In this document: positions 24,601 through 37,430 of the stretch, piece after piece | Layout of the letters: each line of letters opens with the position of its first letter | Position numbering within the stretch: position 1 is the first letter of the stretch | NCBI RefSeq assembly: GCF_030028105.1 | Contig: NC_092379.1 | Span: forward strand, 19,879,309-19,943,308 | Length of the DNA stretch: 64,000 nucleotides | Reading direction: 5' to 3' | Source: Mobula birostris | Lineage: Eukaryota | Translations under genes and position numbers: made by a program | The notes under the pieces: model-generated | Told to the model about the DNA's origin: nothing | What the model saw: only the letters and a program-made list of their open reading frames with translations | Databases searched by the model: none

Positions 24601-26050
24601 GTGTGAAGTGGTTCATTTTGGTAGGTCAAATATGATGGGAGAATATAATATTAATGGTAAGACTCTTGGCAGTGTGGAGGATCTGAGGGATCTTGGGGTC
24701 CAAGTTCATAGGACACTCAAACAGCTGTGCAGGTTGACTCTGTGGTTAAGAAAGCATATGGTGCGTTGGCCTTCATCAATCATGGAATTGAGTTTAGGAG
24801 CCGAGAGGTAATGTTGCACCTATATAGGACCCAGGTCAGACCCCACTTGGAGTACTGTGCTCAGTTCTGGTCGCCTCACTACAGGAAGGATGTGGAAACC
24901 ATAGAAAGGGTGCAGAGGAGATTTACAAGGATGTCGCCTGGATTGGGGAGCATGCCTAATGAGACAGATTGAGTGAACACGGCCTTTTCTCCTTGGAGCG
25001 ATGGAGGATGAGGGGTAACCTGATAGAGGTGTATAAGATGATGAGAGGCATTGATCGTGTGGATAGTCAGAGGCTTTTTCCCGGGGTTGAAATGGCTGCC
25101 GCAAGAGGGCACAGGTTTAAGGTGCTTGGGAGTAGGTACAGAGGAGATGCCAGGGGTATTTTTTTTATATAAACGCAGAGAGTGGTGAGTGCATGGAATG
25201 GGCTGCCGGCAACGGTGGTGGAGGCAGATACGATAGGGTCTTTTAAGAAACTTTTGGATAGGTACATGGAGCTTAGAAAAATACAGGGCTATGGGTAACC
25301 CTAGTAATTTCTAAGGTCGGGACATGTTCGGCACAACTTTGTGGGCCAAAGGGCCTGTATTGTGCTGTAGGTTTTCTCTGTTTCTATGCTTCTATATCAT
25401 GGTCTCCATCAGAAACATTCTGGACCCTGGCACATGGGAGGCAAGCTACCATCCGTGTTTCTTTCCTATGACCACAGAATCACCTGTCTGACCCCTAACT
25501 AGAGTCCCCTGTCGCTGCTGCCATCCTCTTCCTTTCCTTACCCTTCTGAGCCACAGGGCCAGACTCTGTACCAGAGGCGCGACCACTGCTGCTTCCCCCA
25601 GGTAGGCTGTCCCCCGCAACAGTACTCAAGCAGGAATACTTACTGTTAAGGGGGACAGCCACTGAGGTACTCTCTAGTACCTGCTTTTTGCCCTTCCCTC
25701 TCCTGACTTTTACCCACTTCTCTGTCTCCTGTGGTCCCGGGTTGACTACCTGCCTATATCTCCTCTCTATCACCTCCTCACTCTCCCTGACCAGATGAAG
25801 GTAATCGAGCTGCAGCTCCAGTTCCCTAATGCGGTCTCTAAGGTGCTGCAGCCTGACGCACCTGGTGCAGATGTGGTCGTCTGGGAGGCTGAGAGTCTCC
25901 AGGGCCTCCCACATCAGACACCAAGCACAGAAAACCCGCCTCACACACATACTCTGTCTTTATTTTAAACAGATAGCCTACCTGGTCTCCACCCTTTATC
26001 ACCAAAGCCTCATTGAGCCAAAGCCTTCCTACTCTGTCTCCCACTACTCT
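21605..26050 (-). mobile_element. CR1 LINE with ORF1 (zinc finger, coiled coil, SGNH esterase) and ORF2 5' half; 3' end missing
   Basis: CAWCLMW...CTRCVRLQHLRDRIRELELQL; GDS; VVVNIGTND; WDL; then APE and RT motifs, stopping abruptly at the ERV-B LTR. Confidence 0.85.
24124..25394 (+). mobile_element. 5'-truncated CR1 inserted antisense into ORF1 of the preceding CR1
   Basis: RT motifs in ORFs 24239-24811 and 24727-24972; (TTCTATG)-like tail; host ORF1 resumes on both sides. Confidence 0.85.
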
Positions 26051-26289
26051 GTCCCTCGCACCTCTTCAGGCAGCACAGTGGCATTTCCTAGAGTGCAGCG
26101 ATATCAAACATACAAAGGCCACTCCCACCACAGGGTCTTTGCCAAAAGAAGAGACGGAAACAATCAGAATAAAGGGCAGGCAGACACAGTGAACCACCCT
26201 GTGCCTGTCCCGACCCTATTCCTGCCACCATTGGTTAAAAGGCTTGACAGTCCTCCAATGAGACATGAACCTTCTCGAATTCAGCACTC

Positions 26290-27530
26290 CCCTCACCTCC
26301 TTGAAGCTTACCTTCTCTGAACACACTGCCCTCCACTCTCTCCAACCAATCCCAAACTTACCATCAAAGCTGTAGACAAAGGGGGTGCTGTTGTAGTGTG
26401 GTGGACTGACCTCTACCTTGCTGAGGCCAGGCAGCAATTCTCAGACACCTCCTCATACTTACCCCTTGAACCACTCCAAACCATCAGAAAACTGTCTCCA
26501 ACAGCATGACTGACCTCCATGACTGACCTCATCAATTCTGGAGATCTCCTATCCACTGCCTCCAAACTGATCGCTCCATAACCCCACACTGCTCGCTTCC
26601 ACCTCCCACCCGAGATCCACAAACATGACTGTCCGGGCAGGCCTTTTGACTCTGCCTGCTACCATCCCACTGAAATCGTGTCCTCATATCTTTGCTCTGT
26701 TCTATCGCCCTGTTTCAGTCCCTTCCCACCTCCACCTGCTACACTTCTCATGCTCTCAATCTCCTCACTAACTTTTAATTCTCTGGCCCTGACTACCTCA
26801 TTTTCCCCATAGATGTTCAGCCCCTACATCTCCCATCAAGAAGGCCTTAAATCTCTCCATTTCTTTCTCAATAAAAGAACCAACCAGTTCCCCTCCATCA
26901 GAACCCTCCTCTATCTGGCAGAACTGGTCCTCACTCTCATCGAATTTTTCTTTGGCACTTCCCAGTTTCTCCATACTCCAGTGGTAGCAATGGGCACCCT
27001 CATGGGCCCCAGCTATGCCTGCATCTTCATTGGCTGTGTAGAATAGTCCATGTTCCAAGCATTCCCATGTGATGCTCCACATCTTCCTCTGCTACATTGA
27101 CAACTGCATTGGTGCTGCTCATGCACTCATGCTGAGCTCAACAATTTCATCAAGTTTACCTTTAACTTCCACCCTGCCCTTAAAATCACTTGGTCTATTT
27201 CTGACAACTCCCTTCGCTTTTTTTGATCTCTCTGTCTCCATCTCTGGAGACAAACTGTCAACGAACTTCTCTTATAAACCTATCAATTCCCACAGTTGTC
27301 TTAACTATACCTCTTCCCACACTGTCTCCTGTATAAATGTTATTTCCTTTTCTCATTTCCTTCATCTCCACCGCATCTGTTCTCAAGATGTGGCTTTCCT
27401 TTCTAGGGCATCAGAAATGTGTCCTTCTTCAAAGAATAGGGTTTCCCTTCCTCCACCATTGACGCTGCCCTCACCTGCATCTCTTCCATTTCCCAAACAT
27501 CTGAGCACACCCCATCTTCTCGCTGCCTTA
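26290..27530 (+). mobile_element. Decayed Penelope-like element (RT region)
   Basis: IK(A)VDKGGAVVVW; VAMGTLMGPSYACIFIG; YIDNCIG; YKPINSHSCLNYTSSH. Confidence 0.8.
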
Positions 27531-28071
27531 CCAGTGATAGACATTAAACCTGATTCGGGTTCTGATTTTTCTGGTATGGAAACTGCACTGCAGCAGAAAG
27601 GAACATTTACAACAGGTAGTCAAAATTGCCCAGTGGATCAGCCTAAGCACCATCGAAGAGGCTACACAGCATACATGCCAGGAACACCAGGCTCTTAAAC
27701 AGTTACTGTCCCAAGCAGTAAATCTGATCAACACCTCCACCCACTAACTCCACCACTACTTTATTATTTCCGCTCAGTCTGAATGTAGGAGAACTTGGGG
27801 AAATTTGGTAAAATCATGAGGACAGAACTGTGATGAATTCACTCAGTCTTTTACCTAAGATTAATGAATTGAGAACTAGAGGGCTTAGGTTAGAGGGACA
27901 ACACCTTATATTCCGTTTCGGTAACCACCAAACTGATGGCATGAACATCAATTTCTCAAACTTCCAGTATGCCAATGATCAGCCCTTCTCCTTCTCAGGA
28001 GCCTTTGAGCCCATGCAAATCAGCTGCACAAGACTCCGTCGTTGAGAGGAAACAGAGGAGAGGATTGAGGC

Positions 28072-28112
28072 TGCTTTTACTGCAGGAAGCAGGTCACCTG
28101 CAGGCTGAATGT
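28072..28112 (+). pseudogene. Orphan CCHC zinc knuckle of an LTR-element gag (1-nt frameshift)
   Basis: CFYC(x)EAGHLQAECP. Confidence 0.55.
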
Positions 28113-28254
28113 CCGAAGCTGCAGCCATCAGGAGAACTGCTCAGAATGTCCGGTGTCGAGAGGACTGTGATGATAGCAGTCACTATTCCAACCCCAATGA
28201 TTCTGGTGTCATGCTGAAGGCGCAGATCTGTTGGGGTAAGAACCTAGAGGGAAA

Positions 28255-28925
28255 AGGGGATGGGGAATGGTGGAGGGGGGCATTACCAAAAGTTCAAGAA
28301 ATCTGTGCTAACAGGTTGGGGGCTACCCAGATGGAATATAAGGTGTTACTCCTCTGACATCAGTGTCGTACTGTCATGATGAGGCCATGCATTGACATGT
28401 CAGAATGGGAAAGGGAAGAGCACCTCCACTCCGTCCGCCACCTAGACAGGATCTCCCGGTAGCCACCCATTTCAACTCTGCTTCACATTCCCATTCAGAT
28501 ATGTCCATACATGGTCTCCTCTACTGCCATGATGAGGCTAAACTCAGGTTGGAGGAGCAACACCTCAGATACCGTCTAGGTAGTCTCCAGCCCCTAGGTA
28601 TGAACATAGAATTCTCCAACTTCCGGTAATTCCCTCCCTCTCCCTTCCTCTATCCCTATTTCGTATCACCTCCCTCATAGTTCCGCCTCCTTCTACTATT
28701 GTTCTCCTGCCAATCACCTCCCTGCTTCCCTTCCCCCACCCCTTTGTCTTAAAAATTACTTTTTTTTTCAACTACCAGCATTCTTCAAACCCTCCCCAAA
28801 GTTCTTCCTTCAGTCCTGACGAAGGGGTTCGGCCCAAAACATCGACTAACCTTTTCAACTGATGCTGACTGACTGACCTGCTGAGTTCCTCCAGCGCATT
28901 GTGAGTGTTCCTTTGACAACAGCAT
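28255..28925. mobile_element. Penelope end with inverted partial copy and hammerhead motif (28812-28847, G of GAAA mutated)
   Basis: 28255-28410 is the reverse complement of the GIY-YIG C-terminus encoded at 28430-28629 (VATHFNS...LRLEEQHL.YRLGSLQP.GMNIEFSNF); AGTC-CTGACGA-AGGGGTTCGGCCC-AAAA-CATC/GACT. Confidence 0.75.
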
Positions 28926-28939
28926 CTGCAGATTATTTT

Positions 28940-31850
28940 GTGTGAACATTAAGGGTATTGGAATGATAGGAGGTGATAGCAGCTGGACAATTGCTTAATC
29001 ACTGATAGAATAGGTGGAAGAAAGTCAATTTGCCTCCTAAATCTATGGTGGTTGTATTCAAGAGCAAACTACCATTTCTTCCTCTTGTCTCTCTCCTTAT
29101 TCTGCAGTTTGTCTTCCTTTCAATATTCCATTTCCCTTTTGAATGTCGCAATTGGATCAGCTTCCCTTACCAGGCACACCAGTGATTTCGAGACACAAGC
29201 CTATCTCTGCATAAATCATTCTTTCCTGGTGTGACCTTCTGTCAAACCCACTAATTCTATATCCTCTACATTCACCAATATCCGGGATGCTTGAGGTCTC
29301 CCAGAATTCTCACAGTGGGATCTGATTGGGCCACTGGAAAAAGTCAAAAGCATGTGAATGCTCCTTTTTAATTCTCTTGCCCCAAACAATCTGTAGCCTC
29401 CTCTCTTGATTTGATTGGGCCACCAGAAAAAGTCAGAAGCCTGCAAATGCTTTATTATAAATCTCTCACCCTGACCTATGTGTAAACTTTTCTCTCAATT
29501 CAATTGGGTGATCAGAAAAATTTCAGTAGAACTCCCACCACTCACATCCCCCTTTACACAAGTGACACAGCAGTGGAAACTGCAAACAGCACATCACACA
29601 CAACCTGTCATGGTCCACAAAACTCTTGCTACACGGTAGAGATAGCACACCAATGCTAATTTCTGAGGAGGCTGAAGAGAGCTGGACTTTGCAAATCCAC
29701 ACCCACATCATTGTACAGATGTGCAGTAGAGAGCATCCTAACAAGCTGCATCACTGCTTGACGATGCAAAGCAAATTTCACAACATCAGCCAGTGACATT
29801 AAGCCTGAGTCTGATTCTGATTTTTCTGGTACGCCAACTGCACTGCAGCGGAGAGGACGGTTCCACAGCAGGTAGTCAAAACTGTCCATTGCATCAGCCT
29901 ATTCACCATCAAGAAGGCTACACAGCATCCATGCCAGGAACACGGGACTCAAAACCAGTTACTTTCCCCAAGCGGTAAGGTTGATCAACACCCCCACCCA
30001 ATAACTCCACCACTACTTTATTATTTCCTCTCAGTTATCTTATGTACAGCCTCACATCACTTTATGGAAAATAAATCAATCTACCTATGAATATAAGCTA
30101 TTTATGTATTTATATTTGTGTTTTTTTATTATTATTGTGTTCTTTATCTTATTGCATTTTTGTGTTATTGTCCAGAGTAACAAATATTTTGTTCTCATTC
30201 ATACTTGTGTTCAGGAAATCACATTAAACAATCTTGAATCTTGGAGCCTTTGTGATTAGAAATACCTTCACAGATGTTCTCTTCACTTCCTCCTTTCCAA
30301 ACAAAATAATTCCAGCTGCTCCGTTGTTTAACCCAGGGGTCCCCAACCTTTTTTGCACTGCGGACCGGTTTAATATTGACAATTTTCTTGCGGACCGGCC
30401 GACCCCGGGGGCGGGGGGGGGGGGTAGGGTTGTCAACGGAGAGGAGTAGCAGTCAAATACATTGTGTTTACCCCTAAAAGACTACAATGACCATGAAGCC
30501 TTGCGCGAGTACCAGTGCGCATGCGTATACGTACCGATTTTTTTCTACAAATTGTTTTTCGGCGATTCTGTTTGGGGGGGGTGTTAATCACGACTGGAAT
30601 ATAGGTGATAAGTGGCTAATACACTCAATTTCATTTCTAAGAGGGTTTATCTAATGAATTTAATATTAAACACAGCGCATATTTTGCTCGCATGAATATA
30701 GTGATAAGTCAATTATCAGGGGAAGACAGGGGAGCTTGAAGTAAGTGTTGAACGGACTTCCAGTAGAAGTAGTAGAGGCAGGTTCAATATTATAATCTAA
30801 AGAAAAATTGGATAGGTATATGGACAGAAAAGGAATGGAGGGTTATGGGCTGAGTGCAGGTCAGTGGGACTGGGTGAGAGTAGCATTCAGCATGGACTAG
30901 AAGGGCAGAGAAGGCCTGTTTCTGTGCTGTAATTGTTATATGGTTATAGAAGTCACTTATAAGCTAATAGCATCATAACATTTTAAGTAACGTTTGGATA
31001 TCAAACACACAGCACATATTTTCCCCGTATGAACATATAAAATCATTGAAACACACCAATATCATGAATCAGTGGGAGCCCTGGGCTTCTTTCCCTGCTT
31101 CAAGACGGTCCCATCGAGGGGTGATGGGAGACAGCGATACTCGAAGGGGGTTCCTTATGTCCAGTCTATTCCGCAATTTAGTTTTCGTTGCATTTATTGC
31201 AGAGATATGTTGGAAATGGAAGCAACGTTTTCAGTGCTTTCGTGGCTATCTCAGGATATTCAGCCTTGACTTTGATCCAGAATGCCGGCAGAGATGTTAT
31301 GTCAAACATACTTTTCAGCCCGCCGTCATTTGCAAGCTCGACGAGCTGATCTTTTTCCCACGCTGACATGGATGACACGCGAGTATTGACCTCGCGTGCG
31401 TAATGGCTCAACAGTGGGCGTGACAGGGAATGAGGAAAGGTGCAGCTGACTCATATCACCAAATCATGTCGTTTCCTCGCGGCCTGGTACTGGTCTGCAG
31501 CCCAGTGGTTGGGGACTGCTGGTCTAACCGATGTCCATTATTCATGGAATCATCCGAATATTCTCTTAGGGCAACTCATCACTCCTCTGATGCTGTGTCC
31601 TAAATTATGGATAATATATACATTGGAATAATATAAACAGATATAAAACTGATTCTTCTTTCGGCAGAATCAGTTTTACACATATATAGACATCATTGTT
31701 TCCTTCCCTTCCTGATTATTTGGGCTGTAAAAGGATTACTAGCGAATGAGATGATGTCATCAGCAGGTTACCCGTACATTTTGGCTGTTCTTGCTGTGGA
31801 GATGGTGTGAATACTATATACTGTATGAGTATAATTCTCAATGCCACAGA
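28940..31850 (-). repeat. Segmental-duplication unit U, copy 2
   Basis: Collinear with 14800-16735; differs by the hAT insertion. Confidence 0.75.
30334..31521 (-). mobile_element. hAT (Charlie-like) non-autonomous DNA transposon
   Basis: TIRs CAGGGGTCCCCAACC / GGTTGGGGACTGCTG; 8-bp TSD GTTTAACC / GTCTAACC; dimerisation-domain remnant LPAFWIKVKAEYPEIATKALKTLLPFPTYLC. Confidence 0.9.
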
Positions 31851-32439
31851 ACAACACACTACAATGACAGAAGCAGAATAAAGAAGAGAACGGTATGAGA
31901 ACGTGGCAGCACCACCAGGAAGAAGATGTGAAAGAATTGATCAGCTCAGAAGACTAATATCAAGGGGAAAAGATGTTCTTCAGTCTGGACATTTGGGTTT
32001 TCCAGCTTCTTGACATTCTCCAGAAGGTAGCAGACTGAAAAGGGAATGGTCAGCATGGTATGCATCCTTGACAATACCACAAGTCTTCCTGAGACAATGC
32101 ACCATGAAGACTGACTGGATGAGAGGAATTAACAAGCCTCTGATGGACTGGGCTGTGTTTAGCACTCTCTTCAGGTTCAGACAGTCAAGAGCAGAGCAGT
32201 TGCTGTCCAGGGGTGTATTGCAACCTGTCCAAGTGCTTTCTATGCAAGTCTATAGAAATTTGAGAGATTCCTGGCAGACATACTAAACCTCAGAGATTTA
32301 ACAAAAGGAATATGCTAATGATCTTTCTTGATCACAACATCAGTGTGAAGGGACCTGGTGAGGTTGCTGGTGATATGAGTGCCAAAGAACTTGAAGCTGT
32401 TGAATATTTTTACAGCAGCTCCTTCGATGAGTTGGTGCT

Positions 32440-33450
32440 GTAACTGGCCACAGAGTTACGGGTCTACAGGGAGTAGATCCATGACAAATGGTGTACCTCA
32501 GGGGTCAGTGCTGGGTCACTTGCTGTTTGTCATCCACATCAAAGATTTGGATGAGAATGTACAAGGCATCGTTAGTAAGCTTATAGGTGACCTTAAAGTA
32601 AGTAGTAAAGTGAACTGTGAAGAAGATGATCAAAACTTACAGGAGTATGTTGATTAGCTGAGCAAATAGGCAGAGCTAGGTTTTAATTCAGATAAATGCG
32701 AGGTGTTGCATTTTGGAAAGTCAAACTAATGTAGGACATTCAGGGTAAATGACGGGGCATTGGGTAGTGTTGAGGAACAGAGGGACCTTGGAGTTTAAGC
32801 ACATGGTTCACTGAGAGTGAGTGTTAGATAGGACAGTGAGGAATGGTTTTGGCATACTGGTCTTATTTACACAGAACATTCATTCTGAATGTTGGGTGGT
32901 CATGGAGCAGTTGTACGAGGCACCGGTGAGGCTGCACTTGCAGTATTATGTTCATTTTATTCACCAAGCTGCAAGAAAGATATCATTATACTGGAAAGAA
33001 TGCAGAAAAGGTTTACAAGGATGCTGCCAAGACTCTAGGGACTGAGTTAAAGGGAGAGGTTGGACAGGCAAAGCTTTATTCCTTGGAGTGTAGGAAAACA
33101 AGGGGAGATTTGATAAAATCCCAAGAACACAGCTGTGACAAATCTTCTCAGTCTTTTACTGAAGATTGTGAATCAAGAACTAGACGGCTTAGGTTTCAAC
33201 TGAGAGGGGCAAAATTTATAGAAATGTAAAGGATTTTTTATACAGAAATGGTGGAAAATACGTGGAATATGCTACCAGAGGAAGTGGTTGCGTTGAGTTA
33301 ATAACAGCTTTTATAAGGCACTTGGACAGATACATGGAGAGGAACATTTTGGAAGGTTATGGGCCAAATGAGACTCGTCTGGATTGGCATCTTGGTCAGC
33401 ATTGGCGACTTATGCTAAAGGTATGTTTCCATGCCGTAGGACTCTATTAA
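32440..33450 (+). mobile_element. Old CR1-type LINE 3' remnant
   Basis: [33 protein letters not shown]. Confidence 0.7.
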
Positions 33451-33526
33451 TCTACACTCAGGGCTATCTACAGTAGTCAATTAACCCAACAACAAGCATG
33501 TCTTTGGTGTGTGGGAGGAAAACCTG

Positions 33527-33790
33527 TTGCAATGTGACATATTCATCTGAAGAGCTCCTGTAGCCTCAGGAACTCCTGGCACAATGGACTCCTCCTGCGC
33601 ACTGTTTCACCAGAACTGTCCAGCAACTCGTCTGTCTGTCTGTAACACTGACACCCAGTGGCTTGAGGTTGCTATTGCAGCAGCCAGTTTGACTGAAGCC
33701 TCAATACCTTCTTTCAAAGGTGCTCCTTTGACCTCCAGTAGTTACAGGTTGTCATTGCAAGGTACCAAGTGCTTTCCATCAAGTCAACTT
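33527..33790 (+). pseudogene. Unit G copy 1 (candidate decayed Ig CH exon)
   Basis: One of six similar copies; ends GCHCKVP (YxCxV-like). Confidence 0.4.
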
Positions 33791-34494
33791 CAATCCAGAC
33801 ACAAGAGACTGCAGATGCTGGAATCCAGACAAACACACAATCTGCTGGAGAAACACAGCGATTTCAGCAGCATTGATGGCTGGAAAGAAACTGTTGAACC
33901 CCTGCATCAGGTCAGTTCAAATTAGCACCAGGGTTACCACAGACAGAATGTAATAATCACTGAAGCAAAATAAACCTGCTCAGGTTACATTGCAGAGAAA
34001 AAATACTCTTGAAAACACCGGACAGACAATATCCATGGTGCATCAGTGGTGGAGGGAATGAAATGGAATGTAGCTGGGCAGACCTTATACATCACCAAGT
34101 GTGCCAACTCATGAGATGCCAATGATCATGTCGACACAGCCGTAAAATAGCAAAAACAGCAAAAATAAGCTAAAGATTGGTCTGATGAAAAACAGTTCAG
34201 ATCAAAACCATATTGAAGCTACTGTCTAAAAGCACAGGGTTCCAGCTGGCTGCCTTCATTCAAATGTTTATCATTGAGGTCTATCCATGGACACAAATGA
34301 GCCTCTGTAATCCTTAATGAAGAACAGGGGCTAATTCAAAAGAGAGTCTGATTCAGATTGGAAAGTGGGAGAGCGGAAACAGTGAGACAGGCAGTGTTGT
34401 GTGACGAACAGAAATCACAGGCAAACTGTATGAAATAAAATGATGTGACTGGCAGGTTTCGAAACCCTGGCAGCTTTATGCAGGGGAAGCTGCA

Positions 34495-34745
34495 AAGAGG
34501 AAAGAGGAAGGAGAGAGAGTCAGTCTGGGAATGGAAAGGAAGAGTGATGGGGAGAGGAAAGAATGGACAAGATGGAGAGAGAGAATGGATCAGATATATG
34601 TGAACCTGAAAGAGAGGTGACAATGGAGAAGAGAGACTGAAGGAGAGAGAGAATAAAAAAAAGATCAAGAAAGAGATAGACCAAGGGAATAATGGAGATG
34701 GAAATGGAAAGAGATAAGAAGAATGAGTGGGAAAGGGAATGATGT
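34495..34745 (+). repeat. Purine-rich low-complexity tract
   Basis: Almost exclusively G/A on the plus strand. Confidence 0.7.
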
Positions 34746-34864
34746 CTGATGGGCAAAGACACCAGGAGAAAGCATGGATTGTATAGAATGCCATTGTAGA
34801 GCCCTGCACTGTCTGTGAGATACCAACTAGTGAATGAAACTCCTGTCGTTTCCCTGTCTGAATT

Positions 34865-35130
34865 TTCAATGTGACATATTCATCTGAAGGTCTTCTGCAA
34901 TGAATCAGGACTTCCTGGCACAGTGGAGTCCTCCTGTGCACTCTTTCACCCACACCGTAGAGCAGTCTCTCTGTGCCTGACTATTACACTGAGACCCAGA
35001 GGCTGTCAGTTATTATCAGCAGCCAGCTTGACTGAAGCACCAGTAATTAGAGGTGTTCCTCTGACCGCCCCCTCCCCCAGTGATTGCAGGTTATCATCGC
35101 AAGCTTCCAAATTCTTTTCACACCAAGAGC
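34865..35130 (+). pseudogene. Unit G copy 2
   Basis: Collinear with 33527-33790. Confidence 0.4.
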
Positions 35131-35149
35131 CTCTGGAAGATCATTTGTA

Positions 35150-35470
35150 TTTTCTGAGCAAGAAAGATCTCCAACCACATCCTACTTGTTCAGTGTCATC
35201 AAGAGGATATGGCCGCAATCACCTTGATGAAGTTTTGGAGATGGGTTGGGAACATGATGAGGCCAACTCAACTCCATCATCATGACTTCATTGGATTCCT
35301 GAAGACCAGAGGAATCACAGGAGACCAAAGACAACTCGGCACGATACCATAGAGACAGAAATGAGGACCCTGAACTACATCTGGGTACAATTGAGAAGAT
35401 GGCCAAGGACAGACAGAGATGGAGGACAATCATTGCTGCCCTAAATGCAAGCAGAATAATGGGCAGTAAG
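35150..35470 (+). mobile_element. RTE-type LINE 3' end remnant
   Basis: HWIPEDQR..GDQRQL...ETEMRTLNYIWVQ...AKDRQRWRTIIAALNA pattern. Confidence 0.55.
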
Positions 35471-35739
35471 TAAATGGAGCAGGGAACTCAACTAAAATGG
35501 ACCCAGAATGTAAATTGTCCTTCACACAGCACAGTGGCATTTCCCAGAATGCAGCAATGTCAAGCATGTAAAGATCATTCCTACCATTGGAAGAGAAGGG
35601 AGCTACCAGAATAAAGGGAAGACAGACACAGTGAACCAGCCTGTGCCTGACCCGACCCTGTTCCCACCACCATTGGTTAAAAGGCTTGACAGTCCTCTAA
35701 TGAGACATCAACCATCTCAAATCCAGCACTCCTCTCTCC

Positions 35740-37430
35740 TCCTCGAATGTTACTCTTTTCGAATGCACTGCCCTCCTCTCTCTCTGCACCAATCCCAACC
35801 TTACCATCAAAGCCACAGACAAAGGCAGTGCTGTTGTGGTGTGGTGGACTGACCTCTACCTTGCTGAGGCCAGGCAGCAATTCACTTTCACCATAGATGT
35901 TCAGATCCTAATTCTCTCATCAAAGAAGCCTTAAATCTCTCCACTTCTTTCCCAATAAAAGAACCAACCAATTATCCGCCAGAGCCCCCCTCCATCTGGC
36001 AGAACTGGTCCTCATCCTCATCAAATTTTCCTTTGGCTCCTCCCACTTCCTCCATACTCCCGTCATGGTTCCATTTGGTTGTTCCCCTTTAACACTCCTT
36101 TCTCCCTGATTATGCCCTAATTTCAGCCATTAGATTTCAATTGCTGCTAGTTTACTTAATTGTGGTACACCTGGTTTGCATCAGAGACTGTGAAATAAGT
36201 ACAATGGCGTCACTACACAGGTCACCAGTTTGTTGGTCTATTCTTGTGTGATACTTTGTTCTCTCATCCGCTTAGAACCTTTAGTTCTAAGTTTCGTTCC
36301 AAGTTCTGCTCTAGTTTCAAGATAGTCCCTGTAAATCCCGTCTCCTTGTCAAGATTCCTCCGGTTTGCTGTTCTACGTTCACGTCTATGACAGCATCCCC
36401 AACTCAGTCAACGTGCCGGTGTCCTGCACTTGGGTTCTCCTCAGTTGCACTGTGCAACAACTCCAGGGGTAGCCATGGGCACCCTCATGGGCCCCAGATA
36501 ATCTGCCTCTTCATTGGCTGTGTAGAACAGTCCATGTTCCAAGCCTTCCCAGGCAATGCTCCCTGTCTTCCTCTATTACATTGACAATTGGATTTGGGCT
36601 GCTTCATGCACCCATGCTGAGCTCATCGATTTCATCAACTTTGCCTCTAACTTCCACCCTGCCCTTAAAATCACTTGGTCTATTTCTGACACCTCCCTTC
36701 ACTTTCTAGATCTCTCTGTCTCCATCTCTGGGAACAAACTTCTTTTATATACCTATCATTTCCCACGATTATCTTGGCTAAACTGCTTCCCACACTGTCT
36801 CCTGTAAAAATACTATTGCCTTTTCTCATTTCCATCATCTCCACTGCATCTGTTCCCAGGATGTGGTTCTCCTTTCCAGGACATCAGAAATGTGTCCTTC
36901 TTCCAAGAATGGGGTTTCCCTTCCTCCACCATTGATGCTGCCCACACCCGCATCTCCTCCATTTCCCAAACATCCGAGCTCACCCCGTCTTCCCACTGCC
37001 TTATCAGTGATAGAGTTCCTTTTGTCATTACCTACCACCCCATGAGGTTCTGCATCTGACTCATCATCCTCTGCAACTTCCACCATCTCCAAAGGGATAC
37101 CTCCACTAAACATATTTTACTTACCCCCCTCCATTTTTCATATGGATCCCTCCCAACATGATTCCCCTGTCCATTCATCCTTCCCCACTAATCTCCCTCC
37201 TGGCATTTACCCCTGCAAGTGGCAGAAGTGCTCCACCTGCCCATTCACCTTCTCCCTCACCTCCATTCAGGGCCCCAAGCAGTCTTTCCAGGTGAGGCAA
37301 CACTTCAGCTGCAAATCTGCTGGGGTCATCTATTGTGTCCAGTGCTCCTGATGTGGCCTCCTCTATATTGGTGAGATCTGTCGTAAATTGGGAAACCACT
37401 TCATCAAACACCTCCGTTCCAACCACCAAG
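35740..37430 (+). mobile_element. Decayed Penelope-like element (RT and GIY-YIG)
   Basis: RT motifs as at 26290-27530; PGIYPCKWQKCSTC...FQVRQHFSC.SAGVIYCVQC..CGLLYIGE (GIY-YIG). Confidence 0.85.
36061..36459 (+). repeat. Solo LTR inserted in the Penelope copy
   Basis: 5-bp TSD ACTCC (36056-36060, 36460-36464); (C)GTCATG...CAACA; absent from the paralogue at ~26.97 kb. Confidence 0.75.

Noticed and set aside
34336-34953. 205-aa hydrophobic ORF (possible TM exon)
   Set aside because: It is mostly the antisense of a purine-rich low-complexity tract, with no convincing Ig TM (CART) motif.
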